A stretch of DNA of 64,000 nucleotides from the human T2T-CHM13v2.0 reference genome, Homo sapiens, in the NCBI RefSeq assembly GCF_009914755.1, contig NC_060925.1; one strand, 5' to 3'. The notes beneath the pieces were generated by a model. That model was not told the DNA's origin, made no database searches, and saw nothing but the letters and a program-made list of their open reading frames with translations. The translations under genes were made by a program, and so were the position numbers. Positions within the stretch are counted from its first letter, which is position 1. Each line of letters starts with the position of its first letter. This document shows, piece after piece, positions 50,575 to 64,000 of this stretch.

Positions 50575-50975
50575 GGAACCAGTGACTTGCAAGAGGAAAC
50601 ATGTTAGCTCAGCATTAAAATGCAGTGTTGGTTCTGACTTGGTGTCCACATCTTTTCTCTGAAGGGGCCTCTGTGACAGTATTATTTGGTTAGCTAGGTT
50701 TTTCTGAGTAACAAGGCTGAATTTTTGGAGGCAAGGAGTATAGTAGAAGGAGCATTGGATAAGGAGTCAGGAAACATGAACTCTTCTACCCACTTTTAAC
50801 ATATCTTTCTCAACTTAATGGGACTTTTTCTGGCCAGTTTCCCAACCTGTGCAGCTAGAGTAATATTATTAACTCCATTTACCTGAAAACAATGCTTTGA
50901 GGATAGGATAAGAACCCTGTTGTAAAAACTTTTGGGAAAGTTAAAAGTGTTTAGTATCTAGTCCTACAATACTAG

Positions 50976-51896
50976 TTTTTGTTGTTGTTGTTTCTTTTTT
51001 TGAGACAGGGTCTCCATCTGTTTCCCAGGCCAGAGTGCAGTGACGTGACCATAGCTCACTGCAGACTCGATCTCCCAGACTCAAGCAATCCTCCCACCTC
51101 AGCCTCCCAAGTAGCTGGGACTACAGGCACACGCCAATATGCCTGGCTAACTTTAAAACTTTTCATAGAGGCTGGGCGTGGTGGCTCACGCCTGTAATAC
51201 CAGCACTTGGGGAGGCTGAGATGGGCGGTTCACTTGAGGTCAGGAATTTGAGACCAGCCTAGACAATAGCAAAAGCCTGTGTCTACTGAATATACAAAAG
51301 TTAGCTGGGCGTGGTGGCTGGTGCCTGTAATCCTAGCTACTCAGGAGGCTGAGGCACAAGAATCGCTTGAACCCGGGAGGTGGAAGGAGGATGCAGTGAA
51401 TTGAGATCACACCACTGCACTCCAGCCTGGGCAATAGAGTGAGACTTCATCCTGAAAAACAAAAAAACCAAAATCTTTTTATAGCGACAGTGTCTCATTA
51501 TGTTGCTCAGGCTGGTCTTGAACTCCTGGGCTCAAGCGATCCGCCTGTCTCAGCCTCCCAAGTGCTGGGATTACAGGCATGAGCCACTGCACCCAGGCGT
51601 TTTTTGTTTTTTTTTTTTTTTTTTTGACAGGGTCTTGATCTGTCACCCAGGCTAGAATGCAGTGGTATGCTCACAGCTCACTGCACTGGGCTTGACCTCC
51701 TGAGCTCAAGTGATCCTCCCACCTCAGCCCCCTATAGCTGGGACTACAGGTCATGCCACCATGCCCAGCTAATTTTTTTGGTATTTTTTGTAGAGATGGG
51801 GTGTCGACATGTTGGCTAGGCTGGTCCTGAACTCCTGTGCTCAAGGGATATGCCCACCTCAGCCTCCCAAACTGTGGAGCCAACATGCCCCACCGA
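50976..51896. mobile_element. Nested Alu cluster: antisense AluJ split by a sense Alu (~51170-51475), then a second antisense AluJ (51600-51896)
   Basis: Alu consensus on both strands. Confidence 0.85.
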
Positions 51897-53498
51897 TTTT
51901 TTAAAAATAATCTTCTCTGTGGCCTGAACCCAAAGGGCAATCAGAGTCAAAGGGCAGGTTCATATGTTGGAAATAACAGTTGAGCAAGGACAGGATGTCT
52001 GAGCTCTGATTTCAGTTTTGCCACTAACTAGCAGTGTGATTGTACATCAACTGCCTTTCTCTCTGGGCCTTAGTTTCCCCGTCTATAAAATGGGGATGTT
52101 AGATTAGATCATGTCTAATGCCACACTAAGATTTAACAGTCTGGAAGTCTATGACTTTAATTAGTTATCATGGTCTTGATTTCTAGGCAGGCTATCATAC
52201 TCTGGCCTTTGTGTCATGGAGGGAGAGAAGCCAAAGAAAAGAGATGGTGTGCATCAGAATATTGTTGCTAGATCCAGGATGCAGGACATGGGGGATGGAG
52301 ACTGAAGGCAGAGCTGGAAGGCTGTCATTCTCAGACAATTTTCTGGAAGTCTGGGTGCTTTTTTCACCCATGAAGCTCGGGTTGGCAGCTCATAAACCAG
52401 GGAGTTCCCAGGAGAGAGAAGCTAGTGGGCTGGCTTTATAGACTCCTATGCCACCTCTCTCCTTGGCTTCATGACACTGGATATTTGAATTCCAATTGTC
52501 CCCTTCTGGAGACCAGCAGCGGTGGAGGGTAGGGAGCTTAACCTTTCAGCTCCACATCTATGCCTTGTCCTTAGCCTGGCCTTGAGAGAGCTGCTCAGAA
52601 AGAAGGGTGGTGAGCAGGCCACTGGCTTTAGGAAGGAAAGAGAAAAAGCCCAGCATGCTCTTAGAAGACCAGCATTCCTGCCTCCCCAAGCACTATCTCT
52701 GGCTCTCCTGCCACTGGACACCTCTACCCTTAGCCAGGCCAAGGGTGTGTGCCCTGAGCCTCACTCACGTCCTTCCTCCTTAAGGGCCACTCACAGCTTT
52801 GGAGAGCAGCTTAAGTGGCAGAACCGGTATCAGAGCACCCCGGGGCTCTGTGAGGCTGTAGCTTCTACTCCTGGGAAAGGCTGGAGGCTATTTCTACTCC
52901 CTTAGTCAGCACAGGGCGGGAAGGGTGAGGGCCTGGGAAAGGCCAGTGGTGTGAGCTTCTGCAGTAATTGCTCCTCTGTAAACACAGTAATAGCAGGTCT
53001 GGGATTATGGCTGTTACTCCTGATAATTATCAGCTGCAGTGCCTTCCTCCCTAGGTGGGCCACACGAGCTCATCACAGCACAGGGGGCTGTGGAGTAAGC
53101 TCCAGATTTCCCAGATCTCTTTCTACAGTTGCTAGGCAACTAGGAGTCTGTGCTGGAAGCAGGGGATCTCATTTAGGAAAATCTCCCTAGGTCCCCCAAA
53201 TCTCTGAACTCGAAATTGATTGTTCTCCAAGTGGAGGCCTTGAATGACTGACCTCTCACCTGGGAAGGTCAGAGGCCCGTCCAGATGCAAAGGCAGTCCG
53301 TCTGGTAACCGAATGAGGGACCCAGCCAGCCCAGGGCACATGGGGAGGAGAGGCTGGTCTGGGAGAAAGCCTTTTGCTGAATCCCATGACTTGTTTAGGG
53401 AACGGGGCTGGTTCCTGTGTACTGTGGCTTAGCTGGCTGGGATGAGAAGCAGCTTACAGGTGTCCACCTTGTACTGACCAGAGAAGCCTAAGAGGTGA

Positions 53499-53984
<486 letters not shown>

Positions 53985-55033
53985 TGATTTATTGATGAAG
54001 GGGATGTGACTTGGAGGTTAGTAACCCAAATCGTATCTATTCAAGGACCTAATGCATTGTTTTAGGCATGACTTGGGAATCTACTCCCAAGACACTCGGT
54101 CTCTTTGTCATAAGTTCGGGCAGGTGTGGAGTTGGGAAGGAGGAGAAGGAAGCAGCAGGGACTTTGGTCCTGGATCCTGTTCACCATGACCCAGCATGAC
54201 GTTTTCCTATTGAGTTTTGAGGAGTGCATCTACTCTGCTTACCTGGCAAGAGACTCTAGCTCAGAAGCAGAAACCAAACACACAGGCATGAAAACCCAAC
54301 AAACCTTCCTTGACCATGTACTCAGATTGGCAGGTGCTAGGGGCTAGGAGGAAAATCAGGACCTGTAGGACCCAGTTCCTGCCCTCAGGGAGCTCACAGT
54401 CTACCAGGGAGGTGTCACATGTACTACTGCAATTAGAGGTCATTTTTCTTCCTGGGAATGAGTGTCTCACAGCAGCCAGAGGTTGAGGCTTTGTCTTAAG
54501 GTGGAGGTAATAAAAACCTGTTTGTTTTCCCAGAGCAAGACTTGCCTCAGGGCCCCTGCTTGTTTGAGACAGGGCATTCAGTTTGCCTGAGTCAGGCTGG
54601 GGAGGTTCTTCTAGTCTTTGGAATCCTGTTGGGCAGGGTGGCTGCAGGGGATCTGGAAGAGGTAAGGCCTGTCCCAGGGGTGGGGGCTGAGGAGGTGGAC
54701 ATGAAGAACTCCCTGGATTAGGACAGTGGCCCAGGAGGGGAAAAGAGATGTTTGGGTGGTAAGAAAAACAGAACGAGAGAGTAGGAGCAGCTGGCCACCC
54801 AGCAACCCTGACCACAGTCCTCTCCACCTAGCTGGAACGGCGTGTGATGAAAAGAACCAAGCTGCCCACACACTCGTGGTGACAGCACTTTAACACAGAA
54901 ATATCCATGATCACAGTCATCTTCAGATTCAACCAATATTCATGGAGTTCCCACCGTGTGCCAGCTAAGAGGCTTGGTGCTTTTCCACAGCTATCTTCTT
55001 TAGCCCACATTCTCTCAATAATTCTATGAAGTA

Positions 55034-55320
55034 GGTGGCTCACTCCTGTAATCCCAGCACTTTGGGAGGGCGAGGCAGGCAGATCACTTGAGGTCAGGAG
55101 TTCGAGACCAGCTTGGCCAATGTGGTGAAACCCCATCCATCTGTACCAAAATTACAAAAATTAGTCAGGTGTGGTGGCACATGACTGCACTTCCAGCTAC
55201 TCAGGAGGCAGAGGCACAAGAATCGCTTGAACCTGGGAGGCGGAGGTTGCAGTGAACCGAGATTGTGCCATTGCACTCTAGCCTGGATGACAGAGTGAGA
55301 CTCTGGCTCAAAAATAATAA
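55034..55320 (+). mobile_element. Alu (AluS, slightly 5'-truncated)
   Basis: Alu consensus; TSD aataattctatgaagtagg. Confidence 0.9.
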
Positions 55321-55466
55321 TTCTATGAAGTAGGTAGCAGCCTCATTTTACAGATAAGAAAACAGAACTGTGGAGGCCTAAGAGTACACAGTGAATACTC
55401 ACCAGATTTGGGTTTGAACTCATCCTGCTGGCAGGTTCTATGGGACACCACCTAGATGTCCTTTAA

Positions 55467-55767
<301 letters not shown>

Positions 55768-56875
55768 TCCTTTAAGTATTTCAAATTCATTTTATCTAAA
55801 ACCAAGTTCACTGCTCTTGACTCCTCCAGGGTTCCCTTGTCTCAGTAAATAGTCTCAGTGCAGCTGCCTGGAATGTGGATGTTTTCCTAGATACTTCCCT
55901 TTCTCTTGCTCCTACTCTCTAGGTCTGTTTCTCTTACCACTTAAACATCTCTTTTCCCCTCCTGGGCCACTGTCCTAATCCAGGCTTGAATCATGTATCA
56001 GCCTGGTTATCAGAATGGCCTCTAGCCTGGGCTCCCTGCCTGGAGCCTCCCCACCCTCTCCCATCCACATTGCTGCTGCAGGTACCTCTCTGTCAAGATA
56101 AATGCAAACCCATTATGTTCGTTGAAGGGCCCTTCTGGACTGGACCCTGATTGTTTGCAGTGCCACATCTCCTATCCAATCTTCCTGCACATTACTGTCC
56201 CCAGGCAGGTGACCTGTGTGTGGTTTCCCGAGTGTGCCACACCTCTTGTCTGCCACATGCTTTGCTCAAGCTGTTCTTTCTCTCTGGCCTCCCTTGTTCT
56301 CACCCATCTCTGCTCATCCCCCCAACTTCTATTTGTGTCTTCCAACCTAGCCCCAGTTTCACCCCTTTGTGTTAGCATTTCCAGATGCCCCAGGTGGAGG
56401 TATTGCCCCTCGCTTCTGCTACCTGTCCCCAGAACAGACCGTGGGGCTCTGCTGACCAGAATTGGAGTTTTGGATGCTTGGCAACTGTAGTCATTGTTTG
56501 ACAAATGAACAGCCTTAGAAAATAGTGTTTTAAGTCGAGGAGACACTGCAACATAAAATAAATTTTAGAAAACTATGTATATCTTGTGTAGTTCATTATT
56601 CAAAGGAAGAGAGTTAGCATTTGTTGAAGCCTACTACACTCTATGCCGGCCCTTTACATGTGTTATGTCACTTAACCCACAATGCTAGGACTGAGGCACA
56701 GAAAGCCTAGATGGCAGACCCACAGTCACTCCGCGGTTATGGGCCACACCTAGGGATCAAGTCCAGGCGAATTATCTGCTCCTTCCCTGCCTCCTCTGGC
56801 CTCTCCTATTTACAGGCAGGCTATCCAGTGTGGGGATTCTTTTCTTAGCTATCTGGAGGCCTATCAGGACTGTGA

Positions 56876-57247
<372 letters not shown>

Positions 57248-57769
57248 TTGTGGTGCGTTTTCATCACACCTTACTGTGTCTCTCCAGAGGCACAATTCCT
57301 ACGGTAGGATTGTCACAAAGTGGCCTGAAGGCTGACAGCATTGTGACTCCACGACCAGGCACATTGGGCCTATGCCCCCGTGGCCCATTTCAGCATGGAG
57401 AGAAGCAGAAACAGAGCTGGGCCCCGGGTTTTCCCAGGAGCCTGGAGCAGGGCCCTCCCCTCCCTGTCTCCTTGCTCAGCAGTGTGCTTGGTGCCAGCTG
57501 GTGCCCAGCACAGGACTATTGCATGAATGAAGGAATGATTGGGTGCATTCCAGAATGCCATGCTTCTCAGGAAGGAGGAGAAGGGAGTGCTCTCCCTTGT
57601 TCTTGGGTGTCTTTCCTAAGGTCAGGAGAATTTCTACCATCATCCAATTCCTAGCGCTCTCTCCATGCTCCCCTCCTTCTCTTCTCCCTTCCTTGGCCCC
57701 TTTTCTAGTCTCTTACCTGGGAGATGAACATATTATTTTACTTTTGCTGGCTTTGGGATCCCCTAGAGA

Positions 57770-58670
57770 ATGATCCATTCAACACTTATTCACCAAACAC
57801 TTATCGGGTGCCTTCTCTGTGCTTGCCAAGTGTGAGGCTCTATAGGTAGAAAAAGAATGAGGAAATGCACCTGACCCCCAGGAGCTCATGCACAGGGGGC
57901 AGCCTGACAAGGCAATGGGTTACAATGGCATTTGACTGGAGGTGAGTGCAGTGAGGGACACCAGGAAGACTTGGATGGATGGGACTCAGGGAAGGCATCC
58001 TGGAGAAGATGAGAGCTGAGCCGAGGCCTGAGCACTTGCATGACCCTGGGAGTGAGTGCCCCCTTACACTTTGTGTCCTTAGTCCCAGCTCTGGTCCTGA
58101 GGATGGGTTGGAGTTGGTGGGGGAAAGGGGAAGACAGTGATGGGGAACAGCTGGGAAGTGCCTTCCAGGTAAGGGAAGCAGCTTGTGGCAGAGGCCTGAA
58201 GTGAGCCCCATGGTTCCTTCATGTCCACCCCTCTGGAGGGGGCGCCGTGTGTCTGGGACAGCTGCTAGTTAGTGCCTGTACCTCATCAGTCACACCCAAG
58301 AGCCAGACCATTGTCCCCACCCCCCTTGTTACCAGTACTCTTTTTGGGGAGAGAAGGTAGCTCAAGGTGGCAAGGGACTGGCTGTTGTGGGCTCTGACAG
58401 CTTCTCAGCCTGTCTACCAGAGTAATAAAATAACTGACACTTAGTGCTCACCGTGAGTCAGGCACTGTTCTGAACAAGCACCTTACATGCATGAACTCAC
58501 CTAGTTCTATGAGGATGGTGCTGTTACTATCATCCCAACTTTACAGATGCAGACACTGAGGCACAGAATGGTGGAGTAACTTGTCCAAGGTCATACAAGC
58601 AGAGCCTGGATTCAAACTCAGGCAGTGCAGTCCCAGAGCCCATGCACCTAACCACTATACTGCTTTTCCT
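57770..58670. mobile_element. L2 fragment (~57770-58220) and MIR (~58425-58670)
   Basis: cattcaacacttattcaccaaacacttat; ttacagatgcagacactgaggcacaga..gtaacttgtccaaggtcataca. Confidence 0.65.
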
Positions 58671-58785
58671 AATACTGCTGAAAAACAGGAGAGAGTAAAT
58701 GCCCTTTGGGCAATTTGTAGTAAGTACTACAGGTGTAAAATGTATGAAAAACTCACATCTTATCTTAAAAACTCACGTTCATTGT

Positions 58786-59065
58786 GACCGGGCACAGTGG
58801 CTCACACCTGTAATTCCCAGCACTTTGGGAGGCTGAGGCAGGAGGATCGCTTGAGCCCAGGAATTCGAGACCAGCCTGGGCAACATGGCAAAACCCCATC
58901 TCTACAAAAAAATATAAAAATTTGGGCGTGATGGTGCATGCCTGTAATCCCAGCTACTTGGGAGGCTGAGGTGGGAGGATCACCTGAGCCCAGAAGTTGA
59001 GGCTGCAGTGAGCTGTGATGGTGCCACTGCACTCCAGCCTGGGCCACAGAGTGAGGCCCTGTCTC

Positions 59066-59094
<29 letters not shown>
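58786..59094 (+). mobile_element. Alu (AluJ) with a long A tail
   Basis: Alu consensus. Confidence 0.9.
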
Positions 59095-59097
<3 letters not shown>

Positions 59098-59509
59098 ATG
59101 TACGTTTTGCATCTATGGCAAAACAAAATCTCTGTTTAATAAAAATACCTTCCACCAAATAATCAAGTAGAATCGGTGCTTCAGAGAGATGTGGCCCATG
59201 TCTTCTGAGGCACTGAGTATCCTCAGACAGTCTGCAGCAGGGAGAGCCCAGCCAAGCACAGCTTTCAGAACAGGAGGGGCTCAGACCAGGCTGCAGGAGG
59301 TGGGAAGAAGGGACTTGAGTTTTCACATGGGTGCTAGATTGCTTTCCACCCTACATCTTCTCACCCTATTTATACTAGTGTCTCTCTGAAGTCAGAGTGC
59401 ATGCTAGGAACATGGACAGAGACTTCCCCATGTGACCATCAGTGTGAAGGACTTCTGTCAATGGACTACTCCCATGTTATGGTCACTGGGCTGCCTTGTT
59501 GGTGGCTGC

Positions 59510-59793
59510 TGTTTCTCCTCCTTCCCTTCCCTGCTTCCCCTTTCCTTCCTCCCCCATCTCTTCCTCCCCTTCTCCTCCTCCTCCCCCTCCTCCTCCCCCT
59601 CCTCCTCCTCCTTCTTTGTCCCTCCTCCTCCTCCCCTTCTCCTCCCCCTCCTCCTTCCATGTCCCTCCTCCTCCTCCCCTCTTCCTCCCCCTCCTCCTTC
59701 GTTGTTCCTCCTCCTCCTCCTCCTTCCTCGTTCCTCTTCCTCCTCCTCCTTCCTCTTCCTCCCTCCTCCTCCTCCTTCTGCTTTGTTTTCTTC
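59510..59793 (+). repeat. Imperfect (CCT)n polypyrimidine/polypurine tract
   Basis: ~280 bp almost entirely C/T on the + strand. Confidence 0.9.
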
Positions 59794-60239
59794 TGGAGGA
59801 GGCCTCCCTAAGAGTCATGTTAGCCCACACACATGAGATCAGACTCTGGGGAACCTATTCCATTTTAGCTGCAGCATTTAGTTCTTTCCAGTTTTCTAAT
59901 TCCTCTTTTTTTTTTTTTTTTTTTTTAGTTCTAGTGTTTGCTTATGTTGAGCCACTGCAGAAAACCCCCCTTGAGTGGGCTTAAAAAATAACAGCCACCA
60001 CTACAAAACCCAACATTTTTATTATTTCTTTACCCTCCCAGTTTCCAAATAGTTCCCTCTTTTGGGGCACACATTGACCATCTTTCTTCTGTCCCAGACA
60101 TGAGGTGCACTGTCGCATGGCTGACTGTGAGGCTCAGTGGGGCCATTTCTGTTGAACATATTGCAGGTGAAACTGCCCCAGCTTTCTTCTCCTCTGATGT
60201 CTTTCAGCCCCATCATCTCTGAGGTCTCCTTAGGGAGAC

Positions 60240-61425
<1,186 letters not shown>

Positions 61426-62135
61426 TTGAGGTAGATTTTAGAGGCAGACACAGTGGAGTAGAAAATGCTCTTGTCTGGGACCCAGAAGTCCTGGGATTAA
61501 ATCCTGAGTTCACCACTCATCAGATGTGGGAGCTTATACAGATGGCCTAATGCTTCAGTCCCCTCATGTATAAAATAAAGATAACGGCACCTACCTCCCA
61601 GTTTCTCAAGAAGGGGAGCTGAAGAAGGCAGATGTGCCCAGCATGGTGCCTGTGAAACAGGGCCTCCGCCAAGTTGCTTAGCGAGAATGAGTGTGGGTTT
61701 GAGTGTACTCCAGAGAGGTAGCTAGGCACTCCAGGCATTTCCTGGAACTCACTTGTCCTCTGTTAAAAAGGTGGAAAGGAAAGATTGTCACCCAGGCTAT
61801 TGGGAGTGGGTGCATCTTCCAGGTAACTCAAAGTCAACTCTGAGTAAACAGGTAAGGGTGTATTTGGAAGCCACTCATTGCCTTTTAAATTGGGACATGG
61901 GTTTTAGGTGAGGGTTGGGAAATGCCTAGGGCTGGCAGGAGAGAATGGCCTGAGGGGCTCATGGCGGCTGGGCCAGGCAGGAGGGCTTGAACCTGGGGGC
62001 GGGCCTGTTGCATCCAGAGGGGCAGCTGGTAGAGGTGGCTCTGGAAATACGGGCTCTGGCAGATGATGGAAGGAAGACTGGGGAACAGTTTGATGGACTG
62101 ATAGGTTTCCAGAGACTCTCAGCCAGCCTGGATAG

Positions 62136-62580
62136 TGACCTTTTGCAGGTGGAGCTGGTCAGTTTTGAGGCCTTTCCGTGGAAGTTCTGAAAGCAGAGGT
62201 CCCGCCCCTGGAAATCCCCCAGCCTACGCAGGCTTGTTGTTGTCCTGCAGCCCTGTGGGAGCTGCCTGACCCTGGGGCAGGGTGCACGGACTTAGATTAA
62301 GGCCAGAACCAAAGGTCAGCTTAACTGGAGTAGTATCCATGGGCTATGCCCCTTTCTTTTTAGCTCTCTGAAGTGTGGATGCTGCAGCATCAGGTTTCTG
62401 AAGGGCGGGAAAGGGGAGCTGACGTCAGCAGAGCACCTATGGAGCACCTGGCACTGTGCCAAGCAGCCTAGACTCCTCATGACACATGGGTAAAGCAAAC
62501 ATTATTATCTCCATTTTTTTTTTAATAGTAGGAAACTGAGGCTCCAAGGGTTGGAAGTAGCTTTTCCCATGTCACGTGAC
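62136..62580. promoter_or_regulatory. Candidate distal enhancer module (2x NBRE, NF-kB, GC boxes, full CRE, CLEAR E-box)
   Basis: TGACCTTT 62136-62143, GGAAATCCCC 62210-62219, AAAGGTCA 62311-62318, TGACGTCA 62420-62427, GTCACGTGAC 62571-62580. Confidence 0.5.
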
Positions 62581-62615
62581 TGGTACTGGGAACTCGAGTC
62601 TGCCCTGCTTCACAG
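62500..62615. mobile_element. MIR core fragment
   Basis: attattatctccatttt..aggaaactgaggctc..g.ttggaagtagcttttcccatgtcac. Confidence 0.6.
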
Positions 62616-62733
62616 CTCTTGTTCCTGCACAAGTGTCTCCGGAGAGGCTGGGGTACATCAGAACCTCCAGAGGAGGGGACTTGGGAGCTTGATGTTTAAA
62701 AAAGCAACACAGGCATGTGCAATGGAGAACTGA

Positions 62734-63185
<452 letters not shown>

Positions 63186-63187
63186 TA

Positions 63188-63590
63188 GGCCGGGCACCGT
63201 GACTCATATCTGTAATCCCAGCATTTTGAGAGGCCAAGGTGGTGGTTGTGGTGGGGCTGGGGGGGTCATTTGAGCTCAGCCTGGGCAACACAGTAAGATC
63301 CTGTCTCACTATGGGCAGGGTGGTGCGTGCCTATAGACCTAATCACTTGTGGGGCTGAGGTGGGAGGATCGCTTGAACCCTGGAATAAACTGTGTTAACT
63401 GACTTTCCAGCTATGATGCCTGGGGAAGTCATTTAACCTCTCTTAGCCTCAGTTTTCTTGTCTGTACAATAGGGATCAAAATGTTTACCCTGCAGAACTC
63501 TTGAAGGATTAGGGATGTTATAGGAAATGACTTAGCATAATGCCTGGCCCAGCTAACCACTGAATGAATGGTAGCTGTTAACATTAACCA
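63188..63590. mobile_element. Degenerate AluJ (63188-63384) and MIR (~63400-63590)
   Basis: Alu remnants; aagtcatttaacctctcttagcctcagttttctt.tctgta.aataggga. Confidence 0.65.
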
Positions 63591-64000
63591 ATGCGTCATT
63601 AAATCTTCTTTTTTGTGAGGGGACTGGGGGATTGTTGGCTCCCCTGTGGTCTGCTCACCCATTGCTGAGGCCCCCTCCTTGGCACAGCCTGTTCCATAGA
63701 AAGAGCAGACTGCCAGCCACTCCTCTCCTTCTTCCTGATGAAGCCCAGTGTCCCCACGGGCCATCGGACCCTTGCCCCTGGCGCTTGAGGCTTGGACACA
63801 TGGTGACACCCTCTGCTTTTCAGCTGGCAAGCGTGCCCCCTCTCCAGGCTGGCCCCAGGGCAGGCCGGGCAGGGGGAGCTGGCCTCGTACTGGGGATGCT
63901 GGTCCTCTGCCCTGCTCCTCTGCCAGCTGGGCGGCTGGGCCCGGCAGCAGCTTGGACTAGCTTGAAGGCCCAGCAGGGGCCTCTGTGGGCGGCAGCCTCC

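Noticed and set aside
59401-59984. Poly-Pro/Ser/Gly/Glu ORFs
   Set aside because: Translations of the (CCT)n simple repeat.

Overview
Human (or very close primate) genomic DNA containing the intronless immediate-early gene IER5 (CDS 23962-24945, + strand, 327 aa). From memory this is the 1q25.3 locus just downstream of MR1; no MR1 exon is recognisable in the window. IER5 sits in a CpG island with a TATA box, two inverted CCAAT boxes, a perfect 3-unit heat-shock element ~950 bp upstream and an ATTAAA poly(A) signal at 25879. The rest of the window is non-coding: about 35 Alu copies, MIR/L2/L1M relics, ERV1/MaLR/ERVL solo LTRs, MER5/MER33/MER6 DNA-transposon relics and a ~280-bp (CCT)n tract. 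There is a second CpG island with no credible CDS at ~39.8-40.9 kb. I see no evidence of a new protein-coding system; almost all other ORFs in the track are Alu, simple-repeat or GC-rich shadow artefacts. The best leads, all untested sequence-level hypotheses: (1) a cryptic GT-AG intron in the IER5 3'UTR placed to trigger NMD; (2) a 780-nt ATG-free stretch after a weak-Kozak start, which could yield a 67-aa C-terminal IER5 microprotein; (3) an NF-kB site cluster inside the 3'UTR; (4) a dense CRE/CLEAR/NBRE/kB motif module at ~62.1-62.6 kb, partly built from a MIR; (5) the orphan CpG island with a candidate 45-nt exon; (6) a CArG+AP-1 module overlapping a candidate spliced minus-strand transcript at ~12.1-12.5 kb; (7) a very young AluYc1-like insertion. 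Repeat boundaries are approximate and family names are recalled from consensus sequences, not from a search.
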